Shown here one piece after another: positions 14,588-37,877 of a DNA stretch of 64,000 nt. Both the position numbers and the translations under genes were made by a program. The notes under the pieces are model-generated. The model did no database searches, was not told the origin of the DNA, and was given only the letters and a program-made list of their open reading frames with translations. Every line of letters begins with the position of its first letter. Positions within the stretch are counted from its first letter, which is position 1. The DNA is taken from NCBI RefSeq assembly GCF_009914755.1, contig NC_060925.1; one strand, given 5' to 3'. The DNA comes from the human T2T-CHM13v2.0 reference genome, Homo sapiens.

Positions 14588-15007
14588 CTGAGGGTAAGGG
14601 AGGGAAGCAGGAGGCCGCAGAGTTAGGAACTTCGGGGTTAGCTGGCAAAAACGACCAGGGGAGGCTGGGGGCCGCCTCATCCCAAATGCTCCCGCTTACA
14701 AGAAGCCTTCTGATTTCACCTCCTCCACTAGCTCAGTCCTCAGCTCGCCGCTGAGGCATCCCATTTATTGCGAAGACATCATTTGGCATTGCTCACAGGT
14801 GGGCTCCGAGAGGGCCGTGCCTCCCCTCTGAGACTGGGGGCTCCCCAGGGCAGAGGCCGGGTGAGCTAGCAGGGGTGCTGAGCAGCTACAGCCTGGGTCC
14901 CAGGGCCCCACCCATCTGCAGTTCAATCCGAAGCCACCGAAAGGCGAGGCGGGGGAGCCCAGGACCGCCTGGCAGGGCCCTGTCTTCCCGCCTTTCTGGG
15001 CTCACAC

Positions 15008-15091
15008 CTGTGCCAGGTCCCTTAGGCTCCGCTGTAGCCCCTCTCTGTCCTCTGTCTCCAGGGCCGCCTGCTCCTGTAGCCGCAGGGATTC
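15008..15091 (-). pseudogene. CROCCP2: CROCC-like exon (ESLRLQEQAALETED...DLAQ)
   Basis: 84 nt, AG/GT bounded. Confidence 0.88.
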
Positions 15092-15752
15092 CTGGAGTGC
15101 GGTGAGGGAGACAAAGAGTGGTCGGGGTTCTGTCTTACCTGAAACCTCCCCTTTCCCTCCCTCCCTGGCCCACCACTGATCAGGTGGCCTCTGAAGCCAT
15201 GTCCATAGGCCAGCCACCTGGTAGACCCCACAGCAGGCCCGAGGCCCTCAATGAACAGACCAGGCCCAGAGAAGAGCTGGGTTCTGCCCCAGGTCACACA
15301 GTCGATTGCAGGAGAGCTGGACCTAGAACCCAGGCCAGGCCCCACACAGAGGGGTGACTAAACCAGGCTGGACCCTGGGGGAGTGAGTGTCCCACTGGTG
15401 GGGGTGGACAGTTGGGATTCCAAAGGCAGCATCTGGACCTGGAGAGCGTGGATGGGAGTTCAAGTCCCAACTCTCCTGCTTACTGGCTCTGAGACTGGAC
15501 AAGCATTTCCCCTCTTGGGCCTCAGTTTCCCATCCGTGTCATTAGGATTACTCTACAGGGCTGCTGGGAGGGAGAAATGGGATGGAGGAAGTGAGTGTGC
15601 TTCCCACAAAGCCTGCACACCTGTGTGGGCTGAACCTGAGTGTGAGTGGGATGCTGGGGGTGGCCCAGGCAGCCCAGCCCTAAGCCTGTGTCCATGGATC
15701 TGGCCGGTACCCCATCCCACCCTGCCCCATCTCAGGGGCAGCTGAAGCTCAC

Positions 15753-15849
15753 CAGGGCCTCAAGCTTCTCGGTGAGGTCCTTGTCGACCTGATCCTTCTC
15801 CAGATTCTGCTTCTGTAGACGCTTCACTGCCAGGCCCAGCTCTGTCACT
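15753..15849 (-). pseudogene. CROCCP2: CROCC-like exon (VTELGLAVKRLQKQNLEKDQ...LEAL)
   Basis: 97 nt, AG/GT bounded. Confidence 0.88.
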
Positions 15850-16618
15850 CTGGAGTTGGGGGAGCAACAGAGGTGAATACGGGACCACCCCAGCCTCTCA
15901 AATCCACTAGCTCTGTGTCCACCATGCTTCTCCAAACCCGAGGCAGGGACCCTAACATCCACCTCCCTGGCTGTGTGACCTTAAACAAGTTGTGGCTCCT
16001 CTCCAGACCTCACACTTCTCATCTGTGAAATGGGAATGAGGTTCCCACCAGCTTTATCTCATGGGAAAGCACTGGAGGACTTATCCAGGTGGCAGGAGTA
16101 AGGGGCACAAGTTGTTTTTTTGTGGTTTTCTTTTGAGACAGAGTTTCGCTGTGTCGTCCAGGCCGGAATACAGTGATGTGATCTTGGCTCACTGCAACCT
16201 CCACATCCTGGGTTCAAGCGATTCTCCTGTCTCAGCCTCCCTCGTAGCTGGGATTAGAGGCACACACCACCACACCCGACTAAGTTTTGTATTTTTAGTA
16301 GAGACAGGGTTTCGCCTATTGGGCAGGCTGGTCTTGAGCTCCTGACCTCAGGTAATCTCCCACCTTGGCCTCCCAAAGTGCTGGGATTACAGGTGTGAGC
16401 CACAGCACCCGGCCACAAGTTCTGTCATAGGAGGCTAAGCTGTTTATGATAAACACTGGGCAACTGCCTTCGGAACCTCAGTGGGGTGCCTGGGAAGGCT
16501 GGCTGAGCTCACAGAGGAAGGCCCTGCTCCTAGCGAACAGATGCTCCCTTCTCCCCAACTCTCCAGTTTTACCTTCTGCAGTGACGCCTGCCTCATGCAG
16601 CACCCACCAGGGACCCTC

Positions 16619-16824
16619 CTGGCACTGAGGTCAGCCTTGTCCAGGTCGCTTTGCATCTGCTGCTGGGACAGGTCCTTCTCGTGGAGCACCTTGTCCCGCA
16701 GCTGCTCCTCCAGCTGGGCCTGCTTCTCCAGGGCTGGCTCGACCCGGCTCTCTGCCAGCCGCAGGCCTGTGCTCATTCCCAGGCCGGCCTCCTGGACAGC
16801 TCCCCTCCCAGCTGCAGCGGGTCC
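16619..16824 (-). pseudogene. CROCCP2: CROCC-like exon (DPLQLGGE...STGLRLAESR...DKADLSAR) with deletions and a dead donor
   Basis: aag acceptor; the donor reads GA instead of GT at 16618-16617. Confidence 0.85.
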
Positions 16825-16956
16825 CTTGGGAAGAGAACACAGGATGGGGATGGGATGGGGCTCACTCCCAACTACAAATTAAAACTAGTCTGGGGCTGGG
16901 TATGGCGGCCCACACCTATAATCCCAGCACTTTGGGAGGCCGAGGCGGGCAGATCA

Positions 16957-17487
<531 letters not shown>

Positions 17488-17815
17488 TCACAATGGAGGG
17501 CACTGAGGGAGATCTTCGAAAACTATGCAGGCATAGGACCTTCCCCACCGGCTCCTCCTCTAAGAATGGATCCTACAGATATACCCCAGCACAGAGGAGA
17601 TGGCTTGTGGACAAGGAGGTTCACTGCAGCATTGCTCATGTAAGATATCCTGGTGACAACCTAAATGTCTATCAAAAGGGGACTGCTACTAAGTACATGA
17701 TGGTACATCCTTTAAGTGGAGAACTGTGGCCAAGAAAAACCAGTGGAGAAGTTCTTCCTGGCCTGATCCAGAGCCACCTCCCAGTTATAACTAGTAGGTG
17801 AAAAAAGCATCTTCA

Positions 17816-18289
<474 letters not shown>

Positions 18290-18492
18290 TTACGGTAACT
18301 TGGTGGCCAAAAAAAAAAAAAAAGAAAGAAAATAATTGTATATATAAAAAGAAAAAGAAGCTGATGATGCTGCTTGCCTCCAAGGAAGGAATGGGAATAT
18401 CTGGGGTCAGAGGTGGGAGGGAGCCATTTTACTGTGTACCCTTTTGAAATGTGAATAGGTGACTTCATCAAAAGTAAAATATAAAAATTTGA

Positions 18493-18816
<324 letters not shown>

Positions 18817-18846
18817 TAAAATACATTAAAAATTATTTGTATTTTA

Positions 18847-19077
<231 letters not shown>

Positions 19078-19762
19078 TCAAAAAAAAAGTATTTTAAGTC
19101 CATAATACAGGTTAAATCCTTTCCTTTCCTTTCCTGAATGACCTGTACCACTGGTTATCCAATAGTAAGGAGGGAAAGTGCCTCATTATAGAATTCTAAT
19201 TAATATACACAGGAGTGACTAAATGAGAAGCTCACAGTTTTGCAGCCTCTAATGAGTGGGTTGGATCTTGAAAAGAGAGACAGCTGGCATAGGGACATCC
19301 TGATGGAAGAACACATTCTACTTATGGAGTCTTGATCAAACGAAAAAGCAAGCAGAAGAGCCTGAATCTGACCTAGCTTTACATCCAACATCCAATTTAC
19401 AGGAAATACATGGGATAAAGAAATATGTTAATTGACACCATAAGGATGCAACCAGCAAAATCCAGACCATGAGAATCTCCAAGGACAACTAGCCCAGTTT
19501 CCTGAACAAATAAGTTAAAAAGGACTTCAAAGACAAAGCATGGGCCGGGCACGGTGGCTCACTCTTGTAATCCCAGCACTTTGGGAGACCAAGGTAGGTG
19601 GATCACCTGAGGTCAAGACCAGCCTGGCCAACATGGTGAAGCTCCCATGTCTACTAAAAATACAAAAGTTAGCTGGGCGTGGTGGCGCACTCCTGTAATC
19701 CCAGCTACTCAAGAGGCTGAAGCCATAGAATTGCTGAACCCAGGAGGCAGAGGTTGTAGTGA

Positions 19763-20224
<462 letters not shown>

Positions 20225-20309
20225 TAGGTGTGAGCCACTGCACCTGGCCTATCTGTGGCATTTATGAGACATATGGAAAATTTAGACGCTGGCTATTTGA
20301 TGATATTAA

Positions 20310-20402
<93 letters not shown>

Positions 20403-21122
20403 TAGACCCGTCTGGGCAACAAAGTGAGAACTCGACTCTACGAGAAATAAAAAAATCAGCAAGCCTGGTGGCATGGACCCGTGGTCCCAACTGCACAGGA
20501 CCTGAGGTAGGAGGATTGCTTCAGACCAGGAGGCCAAGGCTGCAGTGAGCCATAAAGAAAAGAAAAGATTACTAACTAAAAGTAAGTCCTTGATATCAGC
20601 CAGATGACACTAAATCCCATCCATTCCCCTGAGCTCACAGGGGGGCTGCCTAGACTCCAGAAAAAAGGCTGTGCCTAGTCCTAGACTCTGGCATGCAGGA
20701 GGTCAGAAGGCTGAATTCTCCACTAAACTCAAAAGTATAACCAGTCCAGACTGGGTGTGGTGGCCCATGCCTGTAATCCCAGCACTTTGGGAGGCCGAGG
20801 CGGGCAGATCACCTGAGGTCAGGAGTTCGGGACGAGCCTGGCCACATGGTGAAACCCCATCCCTACTAAAAACACAAAAATTAGCTGGGCGTGGTGGCAC
20901 ATTCGTATAATCCCCGCTACTCGGGAGGCAGAGGCAGGAGAATCGCTTGAACCTTGGTGGGGCAGAGGTTGTAGTAAGCCGAGATCGTGTCATTGTACTT
21001 CAGCCCGGGCAACAAGAGTAAGACTCTGTCTCAAAAAAAAAAAAAAAAAAAAAGTATGTGGCCGGGTGCGGTGGCTCACGCCTGTAATCCCAGCACTTTG
21101 GGAGGCTGAGGCGGGCAGATCA

Positions 21123-21413
<291 letters not shown>

Positions 21414-22846
21414 TTATGTTAGAGATGCTGTGAAGAGCCCAGGGAATAACAAGTGCTGTCTGCATACCACATAACCTGTCCGCTCTCAAAGGTGGCTGGG
21501 CTGATGATGTCTGGAAGAAGAAGGCTGGGAGAAATGCTGGTTCCCAAAGTGGTCAGTACCAAGGCCACCTAGTCCAACCCTTGCCCCTAGGCCTGTGGTT
21601 CCTTTGGGGCAGATTCCAGTCTCGCCACCACCCAGCCAGGGGAGTCTGTGTTGAATGGGCCATGTCCTGGAAGTATGAAAGGCTCAGCCCTCTGAGCTGC
21701 TGGATGGCTCTGTCCTGTACCCGCCAGTCCATAAATGGTCAGCAGAGCACATGGCCCACCTACCCGAGCCAAAGGAGTTTGGAAAAATCTGTCTGGGTGG
21801 CCCCCTCATCCTCTCAACACACAGGCCTAGAGGGAAAAGGGTACTGTCTAATGCCAGTCAGTGCTGTCCTGAGCTCAGCTGCTAAGAATAGCAGGGAGTG
21901 AGGTGGTGGTAACCAGCAGGACTCAGGCAGAACAGAGGCCCATTACACACCTGGCTGCCCACAGGCTGCCACCACCTGCTCTTCCACCTTTCATGCCAGT
22001 TCCTACCCTACTCATCCACACAGACAGAAAGCTCTGGAAGGGGACGAAGGTGGCATAAAGCACCCTGACAAAGTAGCCACTACCCAGGCTCAGGGATCAC
22101 ATATTCCCCCAGTGTAAGCCACTCCCAGCCCTGAGCTGTAGGAGCAGAGATGCACAAAGGCCCCTCCCCACTGCTGCTCTGTCCCAGGCCAAGGCCAGGT
22201 GGTGGCTATGCAGTCGGGGTGCTCAGCTAGTAGCATAGAAGGCTAAAGCCAACCCCATCTCTGAATACCCCAGTGGACCAAGGATAAAGGAGCCTTTCTC
22301 AAAAGCAGTTACAGGCCAAGCATGGTGGCTCACACCTGTAGTCTCAGCACTTTGGGAGGCTGAGGTGGGAGAATCACTTGAGCCCAGGGGTTTGAGACCA
22401 GCCTGGGTGCCACAGTAAGACCCTGCCTCTTAAAAAAAAAAAAAAATTTAGCTGGGTGCTGTGGCATGTGCTTGTGGTCCCAGCTATGTGGGAGGCTGAG
22501 GTGGGAGGATTCCTTGAGCCTGGAACTTTGAGGTTGCAGTGAGCTATGACTGGGACATAGCGAGACCCTGCCTCAAAAGAAAACAGTTCTTAACAAGCCC
22601 ACACTTGGAGCGGCTACTCTTGTACCTGACCCCCAAAGTCGTGTGCCTGATCCTGAGAGCAGACTGCACATATCTGTGGGCAGTCGGCCTGAGACAGCCA
22701 CCACTGAGTGCCTACAGCACGGCCCATTTGGCCAAGACCAGCAACTTCCCTGACCTTTTTGGATCTCCTAGGTCCCAGTTCAGGGCCCTGAATGCCCACA
22801 ACCACTGACTGACGGCCCTACCACCTGCTGTCTCTCCTGGCGGCCA

Positions 22847-22867
22847 CAGCAGCAGCAGCAGCAGCAG
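22847..22867. repeat. (CAG)7 microsatellite, non-coding
   Basis: Direct reading. Confidence 0.9.
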
Positions 22868-23597
22868 GACCATCTCTGGTATCACATGAGGTAGGGATCA
22901 GATGGCTCTGAGAACAGGCCAGGACTGAGTATGGGGTGGGGGTGGGCAGGAACTCTCTGCAAGCAGGCACTTTCTGACCACCACAATTGCTTAAATAGAA
23001 CAGGTAATGATGCTGCCTTTTGGACCTGCCTAAAGAGCAGAAGTCGTAAAAGACAGAACAGCTAAGGCTGATAAGGGGGTGAGAGACAGGGACAACCGTG
23101 CCTCACTGCAGGGACGGAGAACCTACTTGATCCTTTGAAGAAGTAATCTGGCAACAGTCTTAAAAGTGACTGCAGTTCAAACACTCTAGCCACACGACTC
23201 CAGCCCTGGGCATCCTCACAGCATTGTTTACAAAGGCAAAAGTCCTTCCAAACTAGGGCACTTGTATGGGCCACAGCAGACCCCCTGGCCCTAAAGATGC
23301 TCAGTAAGATACATTGATAATGTGGAAAAATACTCACGGGATAACATTTGATAATAAAAATAGGATGCAAACTTCTGGAAGTGAGGGACATGTCCATTAC
23401 CTTGATGGTACTGATGGTTTCACGGGTTTTATCTATATGTTAACACTTATCAAATTGTACACTTTAAGTGTGTGTAGTTTATTGTATATTAATCATAGCT
23501 CAATAAAAATGTTTTAAGAAAAGAACTGAAGGTGACAAATTTTTTTAAAGTTTTCTATACAGCATAATCTGAACTACATACATTATAAGATAAACAG

Positions 23598-25420
<1,823 letters not shown>

Positions 25421-26242
25421 ACAAAGAAAGAAAACAGAAAAGAATCGCATTTGAATAGTCATGTTAAAATAACAAGATAGCAGGTGCTTTTCCTTCTTTT
25501 TTTAGAGACAGGGTCTTGCTCTGTCACCCAGGCTAGAGTGCAGTGGCATGCAGAGGCCAGCTCACTGCAGCCTCAACCTCCTAGGCTCAAGTGATCCTCC
25601 CACATCAGCCTCCCTAACAGCTGGGACTACAGGTGCACACCACCATGCCCAGGTAATTTCTGTATTTTATTGTAGAGATGGGGTCTGGCCATGTTGCTCA
25701 GGCTGGTCTTGAACTCCTGGACTCAAGCAATCTACCCACCTTGGCCTCCCAAAGTGCTGCGATTACAGGTGTGAACCACTGTGCCTGGCCCTCTAAGTTT
25801 CTGCTAAAATGTACTTGTAACTTTTACACTGACTACACTCAAAAGTATTAAACTTGTAAAGAAAAGGCCCTGGAGGAGTTTGTTCTTTACAAGGTCAGTC
25901 AGAAGCTACAAGGGGCCAGGCTGGGGCCAAGGTGAGGGCAGGTACATGCAGGGGCAGATGCTGGGTGTGGAGTAGGTGCCAGGTGCTAGCTGGGCATGAA
26001 TGTGCACCCGCTCCCTGACCTCTGCTCCCTGACTCTCACAAGGAACTAGCACTGCCTGGAGACAGGAAGAAGCAGAGTACGGAAGGCAGACTCTCTGGCC
26101 AGAGATCTCGCAGCCAGGAGCACAGTGAGAACAGAGCCTAAGCCTATCTGTCCAGAGCCCAGGCTCCCTTTCCCTACAACTGCAGCCTCCTTATTCTGCT
26201 CTGGCCCAGCAGAGTGAGGAGGGGCCGCCCACCCAGCCATAC

Positions 26243-28200
26243 CTGCCGGTGGCTGCTGGGGGTGCATGGTCAGAAGAGGAAAGATGCGGTTCAGGTAGTC
26301 ATTCAGCAGCTTCTCCTGCACAATGCCTGAGCCACAAGTCAGAAGGGAGAAAAGGGCCACACGATGAGTGCAGCTCCTGGCCCCTGCTGGCCCCAGAGAC
26401 TTCTGGTCCTAGGCCAGCCACAGGTGCAGCAAGGCCTGAGGCCTTTGTCCCTTCCTTCTCCTCCCAACAAGAGGAGCCTCCTTCCTTCTCTGCCAGCCCT
26501 TACCTGTGACCCTGGATTTCTCAGCATCTGAGGTCAGCCTACAGCTCTTGCGGGAGAAAGACACGCCGGCCCCCTTGGATGCCATCCTTCGTCTCTCATG
26601 GGCAGCCAGTGGTCCTGGAGGCTGAGGCAGACACAGAGCCTGTCTACTCAGGGCCAGCCAGGGGCCCCCACACCTGACCTCAGTCCTGCCATGGCAGGAA
26701 GTCTTGGGAGCAGGTGAGGCCAGGGGCATGCACACTAACACATAGGACAGGGGAATGCAGGGGCTCCCAGCTTCCTACACAGGCAGGGTAGCCAGGGTCT
26801 AGGCCCATGTAACAGGGACCACTTCTTGTTCTCCAGTGTCCCTGTGCCCAGCACAGGGCTGGGCAGAGAGCAGGTACCAGATATATTTTTGCCAAACCAT
26901 AACAAAATGTCTCAGCTCTGTGGAAATCAGACCAAAATGTCCAAAGTGAGGTGTCCTAGGGGCAGAGCCCCTGTATTCATCTCGGTTGTAAGCCATACTG
27001 AGTCCAGCTCACAACCAGAAGCGACAATCCTACACATTCCCCCAAGTGCAGACCACCACTGGTCTGGTCATCTCTAGCCATAAGTCCCACTTACTCCCCA
27101 CAAGGCTGGAGCCTCTTTCCTCAGCCCTGGGTTCCTCCCTTCTTTTATCCATGGTCCTGATAGTTTCACTGTTCCCACTCACACATGTGGCCTCCCACCT
27201 CATCCAAGCACCACCCTTGCCCAGCCCTCATGGCAAACTCCATTGGTCCTCCTAGTGCATCTATCCCTCACATCATGTTGCTGCTGCAGCTGCTCCAAAA
27301 CCTGCACTGAGTCCCTGGTGCTGGCCTCACTGATGTGTAGCTGTGCTGTCCAACACAGCAGCCGTCATCCACGTGAGGTTACTTAAATTTAAAGTTTTAA
27401 AAATTAACAATTCGATTTCTCAGTTGCCTCAGCCACATTTCAAGAGTTCAATGACCACATGTGGCTAACGGTTACTCTATTGGACAGCACAAAGGTAGAA
27501 CATTCCCACCATCATATAAAGTTCTATTAGACAGCGCAGGTCTAGAGTTTCGCTCTGCAGCACTGCCTTAGCCAGCACTCCCTACTCTGCCGTTCAGTCT
27601 CTTATCTCGCCCCAAACAGACCCTCTACTCCCGCCACAAACCCCTGTGGGTCTGCACCACGCCTGCTCCTCGGGAAGGTGATTTTCCCGACCTCGGGCCC
27701 TCGGTGGGCCTCCATGATCGGTGCCCCTTCACTACCAGAGTAGTTGAAGATCTGATTAAATGCAGTCATTCATTTGATGAGCAGACCTTCCAGACACCCA
27801 CTCCGGGTGTCAGTTGCTGAGGACCCAGGTGAGAGGCGGACCTTGTCCCCGCCCGGGGACTCCCTGTCACGGCTATCCCGTCCAACCTCGCCGGGGTATC
27901 CGGGCTCAGAACTGAACCTACTCCGTCTGGGAGCCCAAGGATGGCTCCCCCAAGTCGCCCCCGCCTGGCCCCAAGCTCCAGAGGACCTGCCAGACCAGCT
28001 TCCGCTCGGAGTTTCGCACTCAGATCCCGGCGCTGCAGGTGCCCTCGCACTGGACTAAACTGGACCGCGAAGGGAATAGCCGGAACCCGCCAGGCTCAGA
28101 GCCCTGCCGCCCCTCACTCACCCCGAGCCTCGGCCGCCGCGACCCGGTTCACAACATCCGCCCAACCTCTCGGCTACGGCGTCCGTTCAGGGCCAAATCA
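26243..28200 (-). pseudogene. RNF123: Partial duplicate of RNF123 (KPC1) 5' end: non-coding exon 1 (donor after 28122), exon 2 (26621-26504, ATG 26585), exon 3 (26326-26243)
   Basis: Translation MASKGAGVSFSRKSCRLTSDAEKSRVT|GIVQEKLLNDYLNRIF matches the RNF123 N-terminus. A 1-bp deletion after NRIF shifts the frame. RNF123 is the known head-to-head neighbour of MST1 at 3p21. Confidence 0.88.
27341..27539 (-). mobile_element. MER3 hAT-Charlie DNA transposon (MITE)
   Basis: ctgtgctgtccaa...ttggacagcaca...ttagacagcgcag termini and ccacatgtggcta core. Confidence 0.8.
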
Positions 28201-28620
28201 CGCGCACGCTCGCGCGCTGAGCCTCCAGCCGCGCACGCGCACCGGCCCGCGCCCAGCCTCCGCTAGGGGACCCCCTCCGTGGCTTCCCACCGGGTTGTTC
28301 CAGGCCTCAGCTTCGCCGAAAGGCCTCACCACCTCCGACCTCCGCCTGCCCCGGGGATGCTCCCAGCCCTGCTGCGGCAGAACGCGACGTGCTAACCGGA
28401 ATCCCTAGGCCGCCTGTCTCCTACCCATACTTGGAGGCCCCGCTCAGACGGTCCTGAAAACGTCTGAAAGGCGGTTCCTGCCAGAGTCCCTGCTACCTGT
28501 TACCTCCACCCCTATTTAGTCCTAGTGGACAGCCTCGCTCACCTTCCCTGGGATGACACTTCTGGCGGCTGAGATGAGCGAGCCTCTCTGGGCTCTGCCG
28601 CCGGGCGTGGGCTGACCTGC
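27800..28620. promoter_or_regulatory. CpG island / duplicated RNF123-MST1 divergent promoter region
   Basis: High GC and CpG density (cgcgcacgctcgcgcgc, gcgcacgcgc NRF1-like motifs) between the divergent first exons. Confidence 0.75.
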
Positions 28621-28970
28621 CTACAGCTGGGGCCTGATAAGGCAGCAGCAAAAGGGTGGAGGGGAGGCAGTGTTGAAGCTGGGGCAAGTAATTTTCCCCA
28701 ATTTACAGGGAAAAACCGAAATTCAGAAAAGTTTAATGTCAGCCAGGGGCTGGAACCCAGACCTCTGGCAGCTGTCACTTTCACAATGCCCTTGGGCTGA
28801 CTAGGCTGCAGAGGGGTTTCACCCCAACCCCAGGGCACCTCAAGTGGCCCCACCAAACCTTCCTAACACCTGACCACTAAGTAGGGAGGCCTCTCAGGGG
28901 GCTAGCTGTGCTAGGCCCTTGCAACTGACCTGTGGGACCTGAGGCCTGGCCCCTCATGGCTCCTGTCACC

Positions 28971-29030
28971 AGGTCTCAGGTCAGGGTCCAGCAGGCCCTG
29001 AGCTGACGTGCGGAGCCAGAGCCACCCAAT
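28971..29030 (+). promoter_or_regulatory. MST1-type proximal promoter: nuclear-receptor direct repeats (HNF4-like), TGACGT and CCAAT box
   Basis: aggtctcaggtcagggtcca at 28971-28990 and ccaat at 29026-29030, within 100 bp upstream of ATG 29061. HNF4 and NF-Y control of MST1 is established; function in this copy is inferred. Confidence 0.5.
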
Positions 29031-29060
29031 CCCGTAGGGACAGGTTTCACAACTTCCCGG

Positions 29061-33802
<4,742 letters not shown>

Positions 33803-36800
33803 ATTCATATTTTTACTACTTCACCAAGGACTTTCTTAAATGAAAATGGTTTTTCCCCCTACAAGTAAACAGTAATAAAGAAGAGAATTATTCCTAGTGC
33901 AGTTTGTTTTCATGGTCTTAATTTTTGCTAAGACTCCACTGCTTTTGCCTTATCAATACAAGTGCCAACACAGTGAAAAGGCAAATATCATCTTAGTATT
34001 ACTATGAAAATAGTTCTGAGCTAATGGCCTACTGAAAGGAAAAGAGTGGCTCCTGCTATTCTAGTAGACTTATTACAATTATCTTAAGTATTCTTTCTAC
34101 CCTCCTTTAATTGAATGGAAACAGGGATGGATTGGAGGAGCTGTTTTTCTCCTTTCTTTCCCCCGGCAATATTTACTATTTAATGCCACTTACTAACACT
34201 CAAAGAAACAAAACCAAACTTCTCAATTGACAGTGCAGTGACCCAACAAAGACACGGGTTCTTGAATTCAAAGTGGAGCAGGAGAGACGGTAAATACACA
34301 TTTACTTTAATATATATATATTTATTATTTATGTGTTTAAAGCACAAATTAGTTTGGTAAAAAACATCTCATGTCTGTTTTATTTCCACATCCCTGAGAC
34401 TGACAAGGGGATGCCTATCAATTAATTCATTTAGAGAGCCATACACCCCAAGAAATAAATTATTTGTCCTCTGGAGCTTGTCACAGGGGGATTTTTAAAA
34501 AAACATTAAACAGAAAGACAACTGTGCATCTTAGAAAGATAAAAGGCCAATTCTTCCTCTCCGGCTGATAGGTTCTTAATAATAGTGATATCTACTAATA
34601 AGATGTTTTACATAGTGTAAAGCATGTTCACATACAAATTACTTAGCCTCTTTGAGCCTCAGTTTTCTTATATGTAAAGCTGGATTAATAGTACATTTTG
34701 TGTTTAAAAAGATAATGTATATGAAGTGTTTACCATTTTTCTTGGCATCTAGTTCAGTTCTCAGTAACTGATGTGGTGGTGGTGGTGGTCATAGTAGCAG
34801 TAAGATCCGTAGTAATAGTAGCAGCAGTTGTTTTAGAAATTAGTAACTGAGGCCTGGCAAAGTTAAAGGCTCTTTCATTAACACCCAGAGGGGAAGAAAT
34901 GAAGCTGGTCTTCAGAGGCAGGCTATTTTCACTCTGTGTCCCAAATTTTCCCCCCTAGACCGTTTTTATACTTCTGGGGCTCTCAGAAAATATTCTCAGC
35001 TATTCTGTTAGCTTGATCTCCTACCATCTGAGAGTGGGCTTCCTTCAAACAACCAAATTTCCAGGTATTTCTAAACTGCCCTTCCCCTACACCATTCTTT
35101 GATTCAGTATTTCAAGACCCCTAAGAGAAATGGTACATTTACGTGTAAGCACAGGATAGTGAAGTATTTACAACAAGTGCTTTGGAGCCAGCAAATATGG
35201 ATCAGAATGCAGCTTTCCTTTCCTACATACATGACATTGGGCAGCTAATTTCTAAGATTTTACTTCTTTGTCTATGAAAGTGGAGTACTAGTACTTGCTT
35301 TGTGCAACTCTGATGGTTGTTACATGAGGTAGCATCTAGAAACAGCTTGCACATTGCCAGACACCCAGTGGAAGGTCAATGAATGACTATTTGAGGACTA
35401 ACTATTACAGAAATGTTTACTCTTCTGAGTCCTGATTTCTAGTCTCCTGGACTAAATAGGTTCACTGTTTTCCTCCCGGTTCAGTTTCCAGACACATCAC
35501 AGAATTACAAGAATATTAAAAACTCAGGCTTATACCTACGCAGGATTTTCTATAACCCTCTTTCTGCTTTGAGCTCCTAAAGGTATTTCATAGAAAAATG
35601 ACCTTATTTTTAAATAGAGGGGGCAGTTGAAAATCAGTGAACGGACCTACCGCCTAATGATTTTTTTCTCAGACATAATTATAATAATTAGCATTATAAA
35701 GTGCTAATTATCTTTGGACACAGAGGACCTGCACACCAGAGACAGAGGTCCGCATTAAGTAAAGTGAATTTCACTTTCTTCAGTTGTGAGATTTCTCTTT
35801 TTTCTTCTTTGTAATGATGCAAAGATATATCATCCACCAAGCCTCATTTAAAAGCTTTTTCCAGTTAAGGAAACTATCTCTTGGCCATCCACAGCCAGAC
35901 TCCATATTGAGATTATGGATATTCAAAGAAATTGTCTTTCCCTTGTATATTGTCATAACTTTTTGTGAAATGTTCGTTTTATAGTTCCAGGCCAGCACCT
36001 AGAACCTTGCTAGAATAAAAAACTGCAGAAATCATGAGTTTCTAGTTTGGATGAAAGAGCACACCTATTAACAAATGATAGACGGCTATCCTACTGTGAG
36101 TCCTGAAAACTGGTGGTGTGATTGTTGAATGGGTTAGGGGTATAGCAGAGAAACTCAGTGTGGGCTACATACAATTTCAGCTTGAATCACACTTAACAGA
36201 TCCTCTGTTCCAACCATTTAAATTTACAAAGAAGAAACTAAGGCACAGAACTACTTGAGAAGAGAAGCAGAATTGAAAACTAGAGCTCCTGATTGTTCTC
36301 AAAATAATTTTTATCATACTGCATCGGGTTCTAAGTGAGAGGGCTTCTTATTTAGTAATGCCAAGGTCATGTGTTAACATGTAAAAAAATTAGACGAGGA
36401 ATGGGGCATTGGTGTAAGATTATACAGAGTGTAAAGTTGGGCTTTCTCTTATCATCTGTTGTCAACAACAGGATGATTGTTACTGTTACCCACTCCTTAC
36501 CATCATTCACACAGAGACATTGGATATTGAGGAGAGACTTTAAAACAGAATATTAGTAATGCAGAGCTATAAAGAGCCACGATCATATTAATACAATCCT
36601 CCATACACATAGTGACCTGTCTGCAGCTCCAGCCTAGAGAAACCCAGTTATTCATTTGTAGTGGGCAGCCCCATTATCAGAAAGCGCTATTCAATTGGAA
36701 GTGCTCATCTGTGTTAGGTCAAAAACGACTTCCTCTAAATATCCATTCTGTGTATTGAAGTATAAATGAGTCCCACTTAAGAAAAACAAAACAAACCAAC

Positions 36801-36850
36801 TTCCAATGATTTAAAAATACTAACGTGACCCTCTTACGTTTACCTAAAGC

Positions 36851-37030
36851 TAGTGTTTCTCAAACATCAGCTGTATCAGAATCCCTGAAGGACTTGTTAA
36901 AACAAATTGCTGGTCTCTACTCTGAGCTTCTGATTCATTAAATGTGGGATGGTACCTGAGAATCTGCATTTCTAACACGTTCCCAGGTGACCCTGATGCT
37001 GTTGCTCTGAGAACCACTTTGAGATCCACA
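36851..37030. mobile_element. MER5A-like DNA transposon
   Basis: agtgtttctcaaac...gaatctgcatttctaaca...gaaccactttgaga. Confidence 0.8.
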
Positions 37031-37388
37031 TCTCTAAGCTCATCAGTCTGTCCGTTACACCTTACAAGACATACTTTCCTAATCTGACACCCTTCTATTT
37101 GTCTTTTTTTGGAATGCTTTAGAAATTTAGCAGTTATCTTTTTTATGTATTTTACATTTGTTACAGCTTTCCTTGGTGGACAGATATGAGTTTTCTACTT
37201 GAAAATAAACACGTTTTTCTTTAAAATATCATTAAATAAGAGTGTAATTAGTGATATAAAGCAAGATGACTAAAAAGAATCTCTCATTATTATGTTTGCA
37301 CAGCCTGTATAGAAATTATTTGAACTAGAAAGGATTTGCTAAGTAAATTATTTCTATTTCCCTCACTTAATAGTGAATATTATGGTGA

Positions 37389-37877
<489 letters not shown>

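Noticed and set aside
26243-26621. In-frame RNF123-rootletin fusion protein
   Set aside because: RNF123 exons exit in phase 1, whereas the rootletin frame after the deletion needs phase 0. The fusion is out of frame.
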